A stretch of DNA of 64,000 bases from the human T2T-CHM13v2.0 reference genome, Homo sapiens. Positions 29,849 to 42,171 of the stretch are shown in pieces. Position 1 is the stretch's first letter. Each line of letters starts with the position of its first letter. The stretch is from NCBI RefSeq assembly GCF_009914755.1, contig NC_060926.1. One strand, written 5' to 3'. The notes below the pieces were generated by a model. It worked only from the letters and a program-made list of their open reading frames with translations. It did no database searches and was not told where the DNA came from. Both the position numbers and the translations under genes were made by a program.

Positions 29849-31469
29849 TACAACACATTTTTTTAAGCTTGAATGTAGCTGTGGATTGTTTTCCTTATCT
29901 AAAATTCCCACAAAGATGTGGGAGCAAGATATTGTACAGCAACATGTGTAGAGCAAGATATTTATTAAAATAAATTATATAGCTTAATATATAAATCCTT
30001 TCTCACTTCTCATGAAATATATAGATATTAAATGACCTAAAAATTTTGTTTTTTGGAATATCTATGGAAACTATTCAATAAAAATGTGGGTCTTGGCTAC
30101 AAGTCATTTCTAGTTAAATTTATCTGAAGAATTTTGCTGACTACTTACCATTTTTAAACTTTGATTTTACAGTAGGAACTCTGACCTGCAAAAGAAACAC
30201 TTGTTACTGTTTTTAATGCCTTAGCTATTAACACATCAGCTAACTCCATTCAAACTTCTGGGAATCCTGAAAAAATGGCAGAGCTTCCCCACCCCACCCA
30301 CTGCTCCCAAAGTTTCCCACAGTTATTTTTTTCCCTCATGTGGTTTAAGCTTATTAAAGTATGATTATGATGGGTCATTTGTAATAAAAATTCAAAAGAA
30401 GTGATTCTAAACACATAGCCTCAGAGCAGTTAGATCACAGTTATTTTACAGGGAGAAATACAAGTTATACTTTTATTTTAAATAGCACAATTCTAAAATC
30501 CCATATTAGTTAGTGAGTTGCTAAACTACTAGAATTAGCCTCAGGAAAAATTTCTTTTCATGTAAAATAATACAAATATAAAATATAATACCTATGAAAG
30601 GAAGTTCTAGCACTTGGTCTTGTTGGGTCTATCACTTTTATTATTGAACTTGTATTAGTGATAGAAAATTAAAGAACACATTAATTTACTTAATGTAAGG
30701 CAAGAAAATTTTACAACAAAAGCATATGTATGAATTCAATTTAAAGTTCAATAATGAATACCATTCTTTAATTATTGAAAAGATATCTGTCGTACACCTG
30801 CCATTTACTTAATCATTTCAATCTAGCTTGTTTAAAAATGAATTTAAAGTGATTTACATAAATGTAAAAGATCGGAGAAGAGAAAATAATTGATATTAAT
30901 AGAAGGGATGAAACAAATCAAAATATGAAAGAAAATATAAGCGTGAAACAAGTAAATGCCCTCTCATCCTACTTTTTATTGTTTCTTTTTCTTCTAACAG
31001 TCAGTGGGACAGAATAGAACACAGTCAAAAATTTTATTGGTCATACATTAAAAACAATCTAATTTCTCTAGAAAATCCCAACTATGGTATTGAGAGCAGA
31101 GAAAGTATTTTTCCTTTTGGTTTTTACAGAGACAACACTGCATAAATGAATGAATAACTCTCCACGACATTTTTACAGTGAATTCCTACTTCCTTGAAAT
31201 TGTATACTAAGCACTGGGGATTCAAAGATGATTTTAATCCAGTCCATGCTCTCAAGTTGTGATTTAGCTAAGGAGTTAGACATAAATGTATAATTAAAAT
31301 ACAACACAGTGAGTTATATGATACAGGCAAAATCAAAATATTGTGAGTACAAAAATATCCTGTGGGAGAAAATGTTTTTAATGAGGAGTTAAATGATATT
31401 TGTTTCCATTCAATAACATATAATAACAAAAGAAGTTCTATAGGTCATAATGTCTCATCTTTAATATTT

Positions 31470-31812
31470 ATTCCTGTAGCTACAGACCCTCATTGCTTTA
31501 TTCTTGAACTAGTTTAATTGTGTCTCATCTGGTCTTATCCCCTTCAAATATTTTCTATATTGGTTCTAGATATTCATTGAACTAAAGGTCATAAGTGATA
31601 CATGATTTAAAGTGTATTATGAAATAAATTGCAAACTCTTTATCTTCTATTTAATTTTGCATATGATCAGACCACAAAGTATCCCTATAAATTATACACT
31701 TTTTTGAGAACAGTAATCTTTGTATTTCTTTTATTTCCAGCATCTATTCTAGCATCTTGCACATAATATATGCTCAAAAATACTAGTAAAAAGCACTGGA
31801 TAAATGAATTCA
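31470..31812 (+). mobile_element. L2 3' fragment
   Basis: CAGACCCTCATTGCTT..TCTGGTCTT..; tail TATTTCCAGCATCTA..GCACATAATATATGCTCAAAAATAC..GATAAATGAAT. Confidence 0.5.
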
Positions 31813-32659
31813 GCTGGTTTAATAATGGAACACTCCTTTAACCTTTCTGTTAGTAGGCATTTTGAGAAAATACCAAAAATTCAATAATGCTCTTTAATTT
31901 TGTATTGAAAAAATATGTCCATTAAATACTGTAATACATAAATTTTACTACAGTACAATTTTCTTAATACTGTTTGGTGACTACCTATGAAAGAAATTAA
32001 TATTAAATTTTGATTTACTGGAAAAATCATGTATTCTTTTATATACATAGGAAAGTATCCTATGAGATCTGTCATTTCTATGTCTATCACTATAGTATGT
32101 TTGTATGTATGTATATATATATACACATATATATAGACATTTCAAGCATTATCAGCTTGCTGTAAAATCAAAAGACTTCAGCATGATTTCAAGATCCATT
32201 CAATGCAGCAGTATTCTATGTAAATCTTAATATGTTTCTAGGTGAATCCATGGTTATCAATAGCCATGATCTTAGCAGAGCAGCAAAATAAAGATCACAT
32301 TCACATATTGGATATATGAAAGGCATATTAGATATTTAATAGCAATAATAATCTAATGTACTCTATTACCTTTATTTCATAATGCTTTTAATATTATCTA
32401 TTTTAAAATGATAGAATTACCTCATAGATAGATTATTCAGAGAATATTGACCAAAACAGAGGTGGCAAACCTTTGATTAAAACTTGATTGTGGCAAATCA
32501 AAGCTTGGTGACATTTTTGAAGAGGTTAAATCAGAATTTATCCATTTAATTATGCTTTGTAGAATGCTGCAAGTTTTTGGAAAAACACATTTTGTGAATT
32601 TTATTTAATATCTAATATTAACTAAAATATGTATACATTTATATGACATTCAGATTAGA

Positions 32660-33550
32660 ATTAGTTATTCATTTATTACATTACAACTACAGCTATTGGG
32701 TATCTTTTGTGTGCTAGTCATGAGACAAGTGTTGGAAGTAAAAATGTGATTTATAACTTCATGTCATCTTCAGTTCAGTTACAAAGATTTTTCACGGGGT
32801 ATTTTATAATAAGAGCCCGGAAGAAGTGAAGAGAATTTGGGGAAAGCTTCCAGTGTTCTAGAAGCATATTAAAGGAAGAGTGGGAGCTAACAAGTCAAAG
32901 AGGAAAAGAAGAGAAATGCAGGGTAGAGCAGCCTGGACTGCTTGGAAAATTAGAGGCTCTTTGATCTTGCCAGAGAACAAATTGCTAAATAAGGAGTGGC
33001 AGAAATGAGACCATTCGAGTTATTCATTTATGTAACTATTTAGTCAACAAATTTTATTAAGCGATATTATCTAATTTGTTCAATTTTAAGACATGTTTAT
33101 TATTAATATCTGCCATCATGGAGCATCTCTCTGGGATTAGATGACAAAGGCATTTGAGTAACATATTAAAGAGGTTGTAATTTATCCTTTTGGCAATGGC
33201 ACGTCATTCACAGTTTAATCAGGGATTTGAGTGGAGTGGGTCAGGTTTGTGTTTTAGATAAATTACTGTGGTAATTGTGCAAGGCACACAAATGCAGAGG
33301 GAGAGAATTTACTTGTGGGGCTACTATCTGCTGTAAGATAGTCAAGACATTAACTAGGGCAGGGAAGGAATGAGAATGAGGAAGTAACCTGTTTCAGAAT
33401 TATCATATAGAATGACAAGCTTATAACTGCTTGGATCTGGGGTATGATGGAGAGGGAAGAGTTGATGATACCTGTGTGTTTCTAGCTTGTTTGGTTAAAT
33501 GGATTGAGGATAGCACCACCAACTAAGACAGTACAGGACAATTCAGTTTA
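32660..33550 (-). mobile_element. L2 fragment
   Basis: TTTATCCTTTTGGCAATGG..TCAGGTTTGTGTTTTAGATAAATTACT..TTGGATCTGGGGTATGATGGAGAGGGAAGAGTT..TTTCTAGCTTG. Confidence 0.65.
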
Positions 33551-34926
33551 GAAAGAAACATTTTTTTTTCTCCTAATAGCAAACCTATGGAAATCAAAAG
33601 GATATTCTTAAATCCATATGATATTCATGATCTTCCAGAACACTGAATGTTTTTGTTATTCTTTCTTTTATTCTCCAATTCCATTAAACAGTGTGAAATA
33701 GAATGGCAAAAATGAGAGAAGAACAAACGTAAGTGATAAATGGAGAGCTTAGACTTCCTATTATCACCCATAAAAAATCCACTTATTTGAAAATTATTTA
33801 ACCAGGCCTTTAATACAAGCATCTACTATTGCATTGTAATTTGTTTATTGAATGTGAATTTTTCATTAAAATCATAGGACTTTCATTGTAATAGGCAGAA
33901 AGTAGAGAGAAAAATATATTTTGCAGTGTAAGGATGTAGGCTTTTAAGTGGGGATCAGAATCCAAGTGGCCTGGCTTCTGCTTCATTTCCTTCCCCAATC
34001 AAAATTAGCTGCCTTGCTACCTTATAAACTGCATATTTGCTTGCTAATTTTTATTTAAATTATATAACCAACCCAGAGTTTGCAATCCTTATGTTTGGAT
34101 AAGTGACGCAGAACAGTTTGAAAGTTCACTCTTGTTTTTAATGATTTTAGTCCAAAACAACTCAAAACCTTTATACAGCTCTTCCAGTAGCTTTCATTTT
34201 TACCTACAATTAACTTGTTTCCTATAAGGATTAATTTATATAGTGCTCATACAATAACTTATTACTCTGTGTAGCTTCTATTACATGAAATATTTGGAAA
34301 TATTTTCCTTTTAATCTCTGAAAAAGTCCTGATGATCCAGTTGCAGTTATTTAATAAAGTGGAGAGTTTAAATTTGAGACTGTAGAAACACTTCCATTTT
34401 TCATCTCTTCCTTCCTACCATAGAAATTTTTGTGAAAGGGATTCCTGGTGCTATTTCTGCCATTTGCTGACATACATTTTGTTCCAAGAGGGCACACCCT
34501 GTGAGTGTGGGAATAAAACTCTTCTGGGCAGAGACTCTAGTGCTGCAATTATCTTAGATGAGGCTATGGGTTGCTTGATTTCTCCAGGGAGTCTGGTAAT
34601 GTAGCTCAACCTCTCCTGTTGCAGTTCCAGCGACACTTGTTTTCCAATGCGCAATCCTATTGTAATTATCTCACCTCTAACCTCAAATCACATGAACCTT
34701 CTAATTCTGTCCCATTGCCGAAACCAATTTAGGAAAGACTTTATAATAATAATATTAGAGGGGAATTTATGCTTTCAATGCTGCCTGTCAGTTGTAATAC
34801 TTCTAAAATTCAAATAGAGATGCTATGAGAGACCCTGCTGCATTACAGAATAGGGAAAAAGTTTGTTAAAGAGAACCAGTCAGTGCTTTGACTTATGGTT
34901 TCCATTTCAATTACTAAGATTTTATG

Positions 34927-35249
<323 letters not shown>

Positions 35250-35524
35250 TAAGATTTAATTGGACTGGATTAGTTGGACATATTTCTAATGCTGTACACA
35301 TTTGAATACCTTTTAGTGCCAACTTTAAATAAGCAATTCCCAATTCATCACTTTCAGCATTAAATAAAAATACAGAATTGTCAATACTTGGTATTGGAGC
35401 TAAAACTGAACTCTTAACATGATAATAAGCATAACTGTCATCTGCAGAAAGCTTACTATGTACCTTACTATATAGTATTTAGCTGGGTACCTGCATTATC
35501 TTCTTTAATCATCACATTATGGCA

Positions 35525-35740
35525 ATATTGTGGGTTCTGGAGCCAGTCTGCTTGAGTTTAAATTCTGGCTCTACCACTTATAAGTTGTGTGACTTTGATT
35601 AAGTTATCAAACCTCTTTGTGCTTTAGTTTAAGTAGGGTAACAACACTTAGCTCACAGAGCTGCTAGGAGGATTAAATTAGTTATCGTATGAACAATGCC
35701 TAGGATACAGTAAATACTCAATAAATGTTAGCGATTATTT
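35525..35740 (+). mobile_element. MIR SINE
   Basis: TCTGGAGCCAG..AATTCTGGCTCTACCACTTA..TGTGTGACTTTG..AAGTTA..AACCTCT..CTCAATAAATGTTAGC. Confidence 0.85.
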
Positions 35741-36089
35741 TTCTTATTTTACTTATTAAATAGTTTAGGTACCTTACTTAAGATTAGATATTTCAAAAAT
35801 GTTGATTTTGGGATATTGGGAGTTTGAGTTCTTGAACTTTATAGCCAGCATACTTACCCACTAGGCTTTGTTATGCCAGTATTACAGAATTGTTTGTTTT
35901 GAGAGCACCTTCGGATATAAAATAAGGTGATGTAGCAAAATAAAAGAACAGATAGACAAGACTGGTCTTTTCTCATCGTGTTCTACTTGACTTTTTCTGA
36001 TGTCAGTTGCAATAGAAATCTCTGTGTGCCAGGGAAGGACAATCTCTGAGCTGAGAATATATATCAATAGAAACTTCAAAACTGTAATT

Positions 36090-36475
36090 CAGTGAAGTAA
36101 TTGATACAATGGAGGGTCAGTGAAACATTTAGAGGGAGCAGAGGAGAAGCATTCTGTACTGCTTAGTGAGCTCTGGGAAAAGTCACAGCAATTCAGCTGA
36201 GATCTGAGGGATGAGTAGGGGCTCCTCAGGTGGAGACGATGATGGAAGGATTCCAGCAGGTAGAAGAACATGTGCGAAGCTGAAGAGTGGGGAGCAAGCT
36301 TGGCATGCTGGGGAACATCCTTAGAATTGTTTAGAATCACTGGAGAGTAGAGACTATTCTGAAGAGTGATACGTGATGCAGGAAGTGGCAGGAGACAGTC
36401 AGATAGGCAGGCTAGTGTCAGATAAAAGATGTTGTATGCTATGTGGTTATGTCAGAGTTTTACCGTGAGGGGAGG
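36090..36475 (-). mobile_element. L2 fragment
   Basis: AGCTGAGATCTGAGGGATGAGTAGG..ATTCCAGCAGG..AACATGTGCGAAG..GCTTGGCATG..GGGAAC. Confidence 0.65.
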
Positions 36476-36664
36476 TATTATGCAATAGAAACATAACCTG
36501 CAAAGGCAACTATAGATATAAACCAAGTCTGGGACACCACGTAGAAGAAATTCCCAGGCAAAGTTTTTGCTTGGCCACTCAATGGATTATATTTTGTGTC
36601 AGTATCAGGAATTGTGGGAAACAATAACACATGGTTACTGTCTTTAATATACCAATAACTCAAT

Positions 36665-37168
36665 AGAGGAGCCAGAAGAGCAGCGGAGGCAAGGACAGCC
36701 AACGAAGCTGTGGGTGGCAGAGCCTGCCTCCTCTGTGCCCTTTAACAGCTTGGTCCTCATCAAGTCTGTCTTTTAGAGTGTCTGTATTTCATGGTAGCAG
36801 CTGCCTTCTCTCATTGTCTCAGGTTCTTAGAGGAGGAGCAGCCAACCTCCACTGGTCTTGGGTGACAAGAAAAGCCCTTGGCACAACCCGCTGGGGGGTC
36901 CCGGTTCCACGTTTACACAGGCTGTGAGGACGGTGGGCTTCAGGCTCCCACCCTACCTTGGAATGCCAGGGAGGCCCTGGTTCTAGTGTCAGTACCGTGG
37001 AGTCCCCTCACCTTGTCCCTCCTCAGCCAGCAGAGGCCCAGGCCAGGCAAATGGAGGAAGTGGCTGGGGCCCTTCTTCACCCCAGAACCCAAAAGTTAGT
37101 CAGGGCTCAACCCAGAGGCCTGTGACAGTGTCAATAAAGTTTAGCTTTGTAAGTGAAAGAAAAAGAAG
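36665..37168 (+). pseudogene. Putative 5'-truncated processed pseudogene (mRNA 3' end retrocopy); parent gene not identified
   Basis: Abrupt GC-rich island in AT-rich DNA; not a repeat I recognise; AATAAA at 37133-37138 followed ~17 nt later by the A-rich tract AAAGAAAAAGAA. No convincing TSD seen. Confidence 0.55.
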
Positions 37169-37470
37169 ATTGAGTATCATAACAAATAAATTGTCTTTTT
37201 ATTCTACTTCAATTCCCCTTTATTTGTATTTCCGTTATTTCATTATGAGTCGGCATAACTGCTAACTGAGGATAAGTTTAGGGTGAACAAGAAGATGGTA
37301 TATTTAATTTATTGGAATGAATTTCTTCATATATAATGCTATTTAGTTTTCATATGAAGGATTGGATGTGGATAGGCTGGCTAGATTAGCTTTGTCTTAG
37401 ATTTAATAATATTAGCAAATTTGAGGAAAGCAGCTTAAACAGAAGCTGTAGTTTAAATACTAGCAAAGTT

Positions 37471-37783
<313 letters not shown>

Positions 37784-37829
37784 CTAGCAAAGTTTGATAA
37801 CATGGGCAATGGTGAGACTTTGACAATTA

Positions 37830-38690
37830 TCTTCTAATCTACTAATGCTCTCTTTGAGTGCAGTCTAGAGTTTATTTTGACACTAGAATTTTTATCAGCT
37901 TAAATTTCTGATATCTATTTTTTTCTAGCTGATTCTTCATGTCTACTTGGGTTTATTTTATTGCAGTCTATTTTTGTTTTAAACTTTTTTGCTTGGTTTA
38001 AATTGTTGTATTCTTTTGTCTATTTGAACACACAAAACATGCTTGTTTTAAAATCTTCATGAGCCTGTTCCATAAAATTAATTTCATTTAGGGTGAATTC
38101 CTGTTACAGATTTTTTTTTGGTGTGGTTTTCTGAGTGTCTTAGCATTAATTTTGAATTGTCTTTTTGAATTTAAGATTGCAATCTCATTTTGTGTGAGAG
38201 TTCATGTTTTTGCTGTCTTATTTCTCTCTTTTTTTTTCTCTCAGATTCCCACTATTTGTTTTTCATGCACCCCTTAGGCTCTGAGTCCAGTATGGGATCA
38301 TATAATGGCATTTTGTGCTCTTGTTCTTCAGTGATGTTGGAGACATCACAGATCCACACACGGAGGAATTGAATGGCTTCAGCTCAGTTTCTGTTTGCAT
38401 AGCTAAGCCTTCATTCCCTCTTCCGCCCCAAGCCAACAGAACAACAATCCATTCTGTTTTTCAGCCTCTTGTCATTAATGGACAGTGAAGCCACACTGTA
38501 GCCCCTACCTGCAAACAGTAGGCTGTTCATGTCTTACAGAGGACACTTATAGTACTTCTCACCCTGCAAGAGCCCTTCTGAGCTGCCACAATCTACTTTT
38601 GGTCCATGGAATTATTTGTCCTGTGTCTGTCTCAGTGGGATGTCTTCTTTGTTTTCTCTTTTAAATTTTATTTTCTTTTACATATTCCTG
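37830..38690 (-). mobile_element. Very old L1M 5'/ORF1-region remnant
   Basis: T-rich degenerate L1-like text (CTTCTAATCTACTAATGCTCTCTT..GTCTA..); weak similarity. Confidence 0.35.
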
Positions 38691-38699
38691 ATTATTTTT

Positions 38700-38850
38700 A
38701 ATAGCACTGATTATACTCAGTACTTATTTATTTATTTCCGGTCTTTATACTCCACTAGAATGTAAACTTCTATGGCAAGAATCTTATTCATTGTTAAATT
38801 GCAGATTTCTAGAACAGTTCCTTGGACATAATTGGCTTTGTAAATGAATT
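38700..38850 (+). mobile_element. L2 3' end
   Basis: CCACTAGAATGTAAACTTCTATGGCAAG..CTAGAACAGTTCCTTGGACATA..TAAATGAAT. Confidence 0.7.
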
Positions 38851-39039
38851 TCAACCCATTGTATGTTTTCTTTATAAGTAGGAGAAATAACCACCAGAAG
38901 AAATAAACAAAAGCTTAAAATGAAAAAAGAAATTTCATATTTAAAAACATTTTTAGGAGATAAATAGTTTTACCTTCAGTTTTCATTCTCACATCATCAA
39001 TCTCACCTTTTTTTCTAAGTCATCTCAGAATACGTGAAC

Positions 39040-39472
39040 TACTAATTCCCATCTTAGACGGAAAATCTCCCTTGATCTCATATTTCCACATTCCTCTCCA
39101 GCTGCTCATACAGTTTCCATACTATGCTTCACATCAAAATATTCCCAAATAATAGTATAGCATCACTACACTTTTTACCTCGTGTGTATTGTTCAACTCT
39201 ATAATCTAGCTTGCTTCCTCATCCCTCCACTGACACTATGCTTGTCCGTGTCAGCAGCAAAAAAGGGCCTCTTCTCTGTCCTCATCAGGCAGTAAGCAGC
39301 ATCTAACACAGCATTCAACATAATTGATCACTTCCTCTTTTTGCAAGCACTTTTCTCTCTCAGGTCACTATAGTATCGCACTTCTCTGGATTTTCTATTA
39401 CTTCACTGGCTGCTCCTTTCCAGTCTCTGTTGGTTCCTCATCTACTTTTGGACCTTTAGATACTGAAGTTGC
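39040..39472 (+). mobile_element. L2 internal (ORF2-region) fragment
   Basis: TCTGTCCTCATC..CAGCATTCAACATAATTGATCACTTCCTC..CTTCTCTGGATTTTC..TCACTGGCTGCTCCTTTCCAGTCTC. Confidence 0.75.
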
Positions 39473-39765
39473 GGCCGGGCATGGTGGCATGCCTGTAATT
39501 CTGGCACTTTGGGAGGCTGAGGCGGGTGGATCACCTGAGGTCAGGAGTTTGAGACCAGCCTAACCAACATGGCGAAACCCTTCTCTACTAAAGATATGAA
39601 AATTAGCCAGGTGTGGTGGTGCATGCCCGTAATCCCAGCTACTTGGGGGGGCTGAGGAAGGAGAATTGCTTGAACCCAGGAGGCAGAAGTTGCAGTGAGC
39701 CGAGATCATGCCACTGCACTCCAGCCCAGGCAACAGAGTAAGACTCCATCTCAAAGAAAAAAAAA
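39473..39765 (+). mobile_element. Alu (AluSx-like), no TSD evident
   Basis: Full dimer with GGATCACCTGAGGTCAGGAGTT. Confidence 0.95.
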
Positions 39766-40616
39766 TAAGTAGACGCAACTGGAATAAGACCATAGAGAAA
39801 ACAAAGAAGAAATAAAGAGGGAGAAGTTACTTTCAATTAGGTGATCAGAAAAGTCATATCTGAGGATACTTTAAGATGAATAGATATTTAACCTGAGAAG
39901 TAAACAAACTGCAAAACCATATTCATATAGAGATTTTAAGAAAACCAAATTGATACTTGGTAAAATGCTAAATTTTGTTCATTATGTAAACTCAAGGACT
40001 CTATTTTGCTTGTTTCTTCTGATTTGCTTTTCACACCAGTTGATGCATAGATCCCTTAACTGGCAAAAATTATACTACATATACAACCAACATAAGAAAC
40101 AATCCTTCGCTTTCATATTAATTGATACAAATTCATAGCTGTGAACTATATTTCTTTACAGATATTGGACCTCAATATTTTTGTGAGTGACTAAATTTTT
40201 GTGACCATTTACAAATTTATTAAAACCTTTAATTTATATTCTAAGATGGAGATTTATGATTGTTTTCAAAATGACAGTTCATTTACATTTTAATTTATAA
40301 ATGTTTTAACTGAGTAATTTATTTTTGTCAGCACAAGCTCCCGTAACTGGAACTCAGATATAACATGAGGAAATTTAAAGCTACTTTTTAATTTAATTAA
40401 ACATCTCAAAAATATGTTTATAAAAATTAGTCCGTTGTTTTATAACCTTTAGATGCTTGTTTCTTCCTCTTGAAGACCTTTTCCTCCAGTTGAGTGTTAT
40501 GTTTTGGCAAGGCTTAAATAAACTGAATCATCTGAGATTAGATTCTATTAAAAGGTCAAGATGATTTTAGACTTTAAAAGTTATGGCTTGAGTTATAATT
40601 CTATTAGAAATTTATT

Positions 40617-40956
<340 letters not shown>

Positions 40957-41331
40957 TTATATGTTTATCCTGTATCTAATGATGGGAGAAGCTGCTCTTA
41001 CAATACTATTAACTGTTGTTAATATCCAAAAAGGATATATTGTGAAAACACACACACCACACACACGTGCACACACACACGTTCACACACTCCAATTTGT
41101 AGCTTTAAGGATTTCTTGTTTAGATGAGTGCTTTGAATTTCTAGGAGCTGGAAACTAACTAGACAATAGAGTTCTACATTTTGATTCAGAAAGTTTTCTC
41201 TTGCATAAGATAGTATTGTTTTGTTATTATTTTATAAGTGCCATTTGTTATTGTTGTTAAAGCACTATTTAATGGATTTTGTCATCCAGAACCATATTCT
41301 TACAAGCTTTTATTTTAATAACACCAAAATC

Positions 41332-41618
41332 AGCCGGGTGCAGTGGCTCGCACTTGTAATCCCAGCACTTTGGGAGGCCGAGGCGGGTGGATCATCTGAG
41401 GTCAGGAGTTCAAGACCAGCCTGGCCAACCTGGTTAAAACCCGTCTCCACCAAAAATACAAAAATCAGCTCGGTGTGGTGGCAGGTGCCTGTAATCCCAG
41501 CTTCTCAGGAGGCTGAGGCGGGAGAATTGCAGTGAGCCGAGATTGTGCCATCACACTCCAGCCTGGGCGACAGAGTGAGACTCCATCTCAAAAAACAAAA
41601 AAAAGAAAAGAAAAGAAA
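41332..41618 (+). mobile_element. Alu (AluSx-like) with an internal right-arm deletion
   Basis: GGAGAATTGC joined directly to AGTGAGCCGAG; short TSD CCAAAAT. Confidence 0.93.
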
Positions 41619-41770
41619 GCCAAAATGTGAAAATATTCATGCCTCATTAACTAGCTACTGTTTTATTGGGAAAATAATTTAAAAATAATACTTTTCATTT
41701 AATTTATGAAGCATAAATATACTTTATACAAAGTATACATTTAAATATACCTATTTTAACTGTATTCTAG

Positions 41771-42171
41771 TGTATTAGTTCATTTTGCATTGCTATAAGG
41801 GAATACCTGAAACCAGGTAATTTATAAAGAAAAGTGGCTTATTTGGCTTGCAGTTATGCAGGCTGCACAAGAAGCATAGCACCAGTGGCTCCTTCACTTG
41901 AGGGCCTCAGGAGGCTTTCAATTACAGTGGAAGATGAAGGGGAAGTAAGCATGTCACATGGCAAGAGAGGGAAAAAGAGAGAGAGAGGGAAGGTCCCAGA
42001 CCTTTTTTAAGAACCAAATCTACATGAACTCATTACTGTGGAGAAGGCACCTAGCCATTCATGAGGAACCCACCCCCATGACCCAAACACCTCCCACTAG
42101 CCCCCACCTCCAATATTGTGGATCACATTTTAACATGAAATTTGGAAAAGACAAATATCCAAACTATATCA
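41771..42171 (-). mobile_element. MST-family (MSTB-like) ERVL-MaLR solo LTR
   Basis: TG..CA ends; 5-bp TSD TCTAG/CCTAG; CCCCCATGACCCAAACACCTCCCACTAG..CCCCACCTCCAA. Confidence 0.9.

Noticed and set aside
36878-37099. 73-aa ORF within the GC-rich island as the retrocopy's protein
   Set aside because: Non-ATG start, and it lies in what appears to be 3' UTR-derived sequence just upstream of AATAAA
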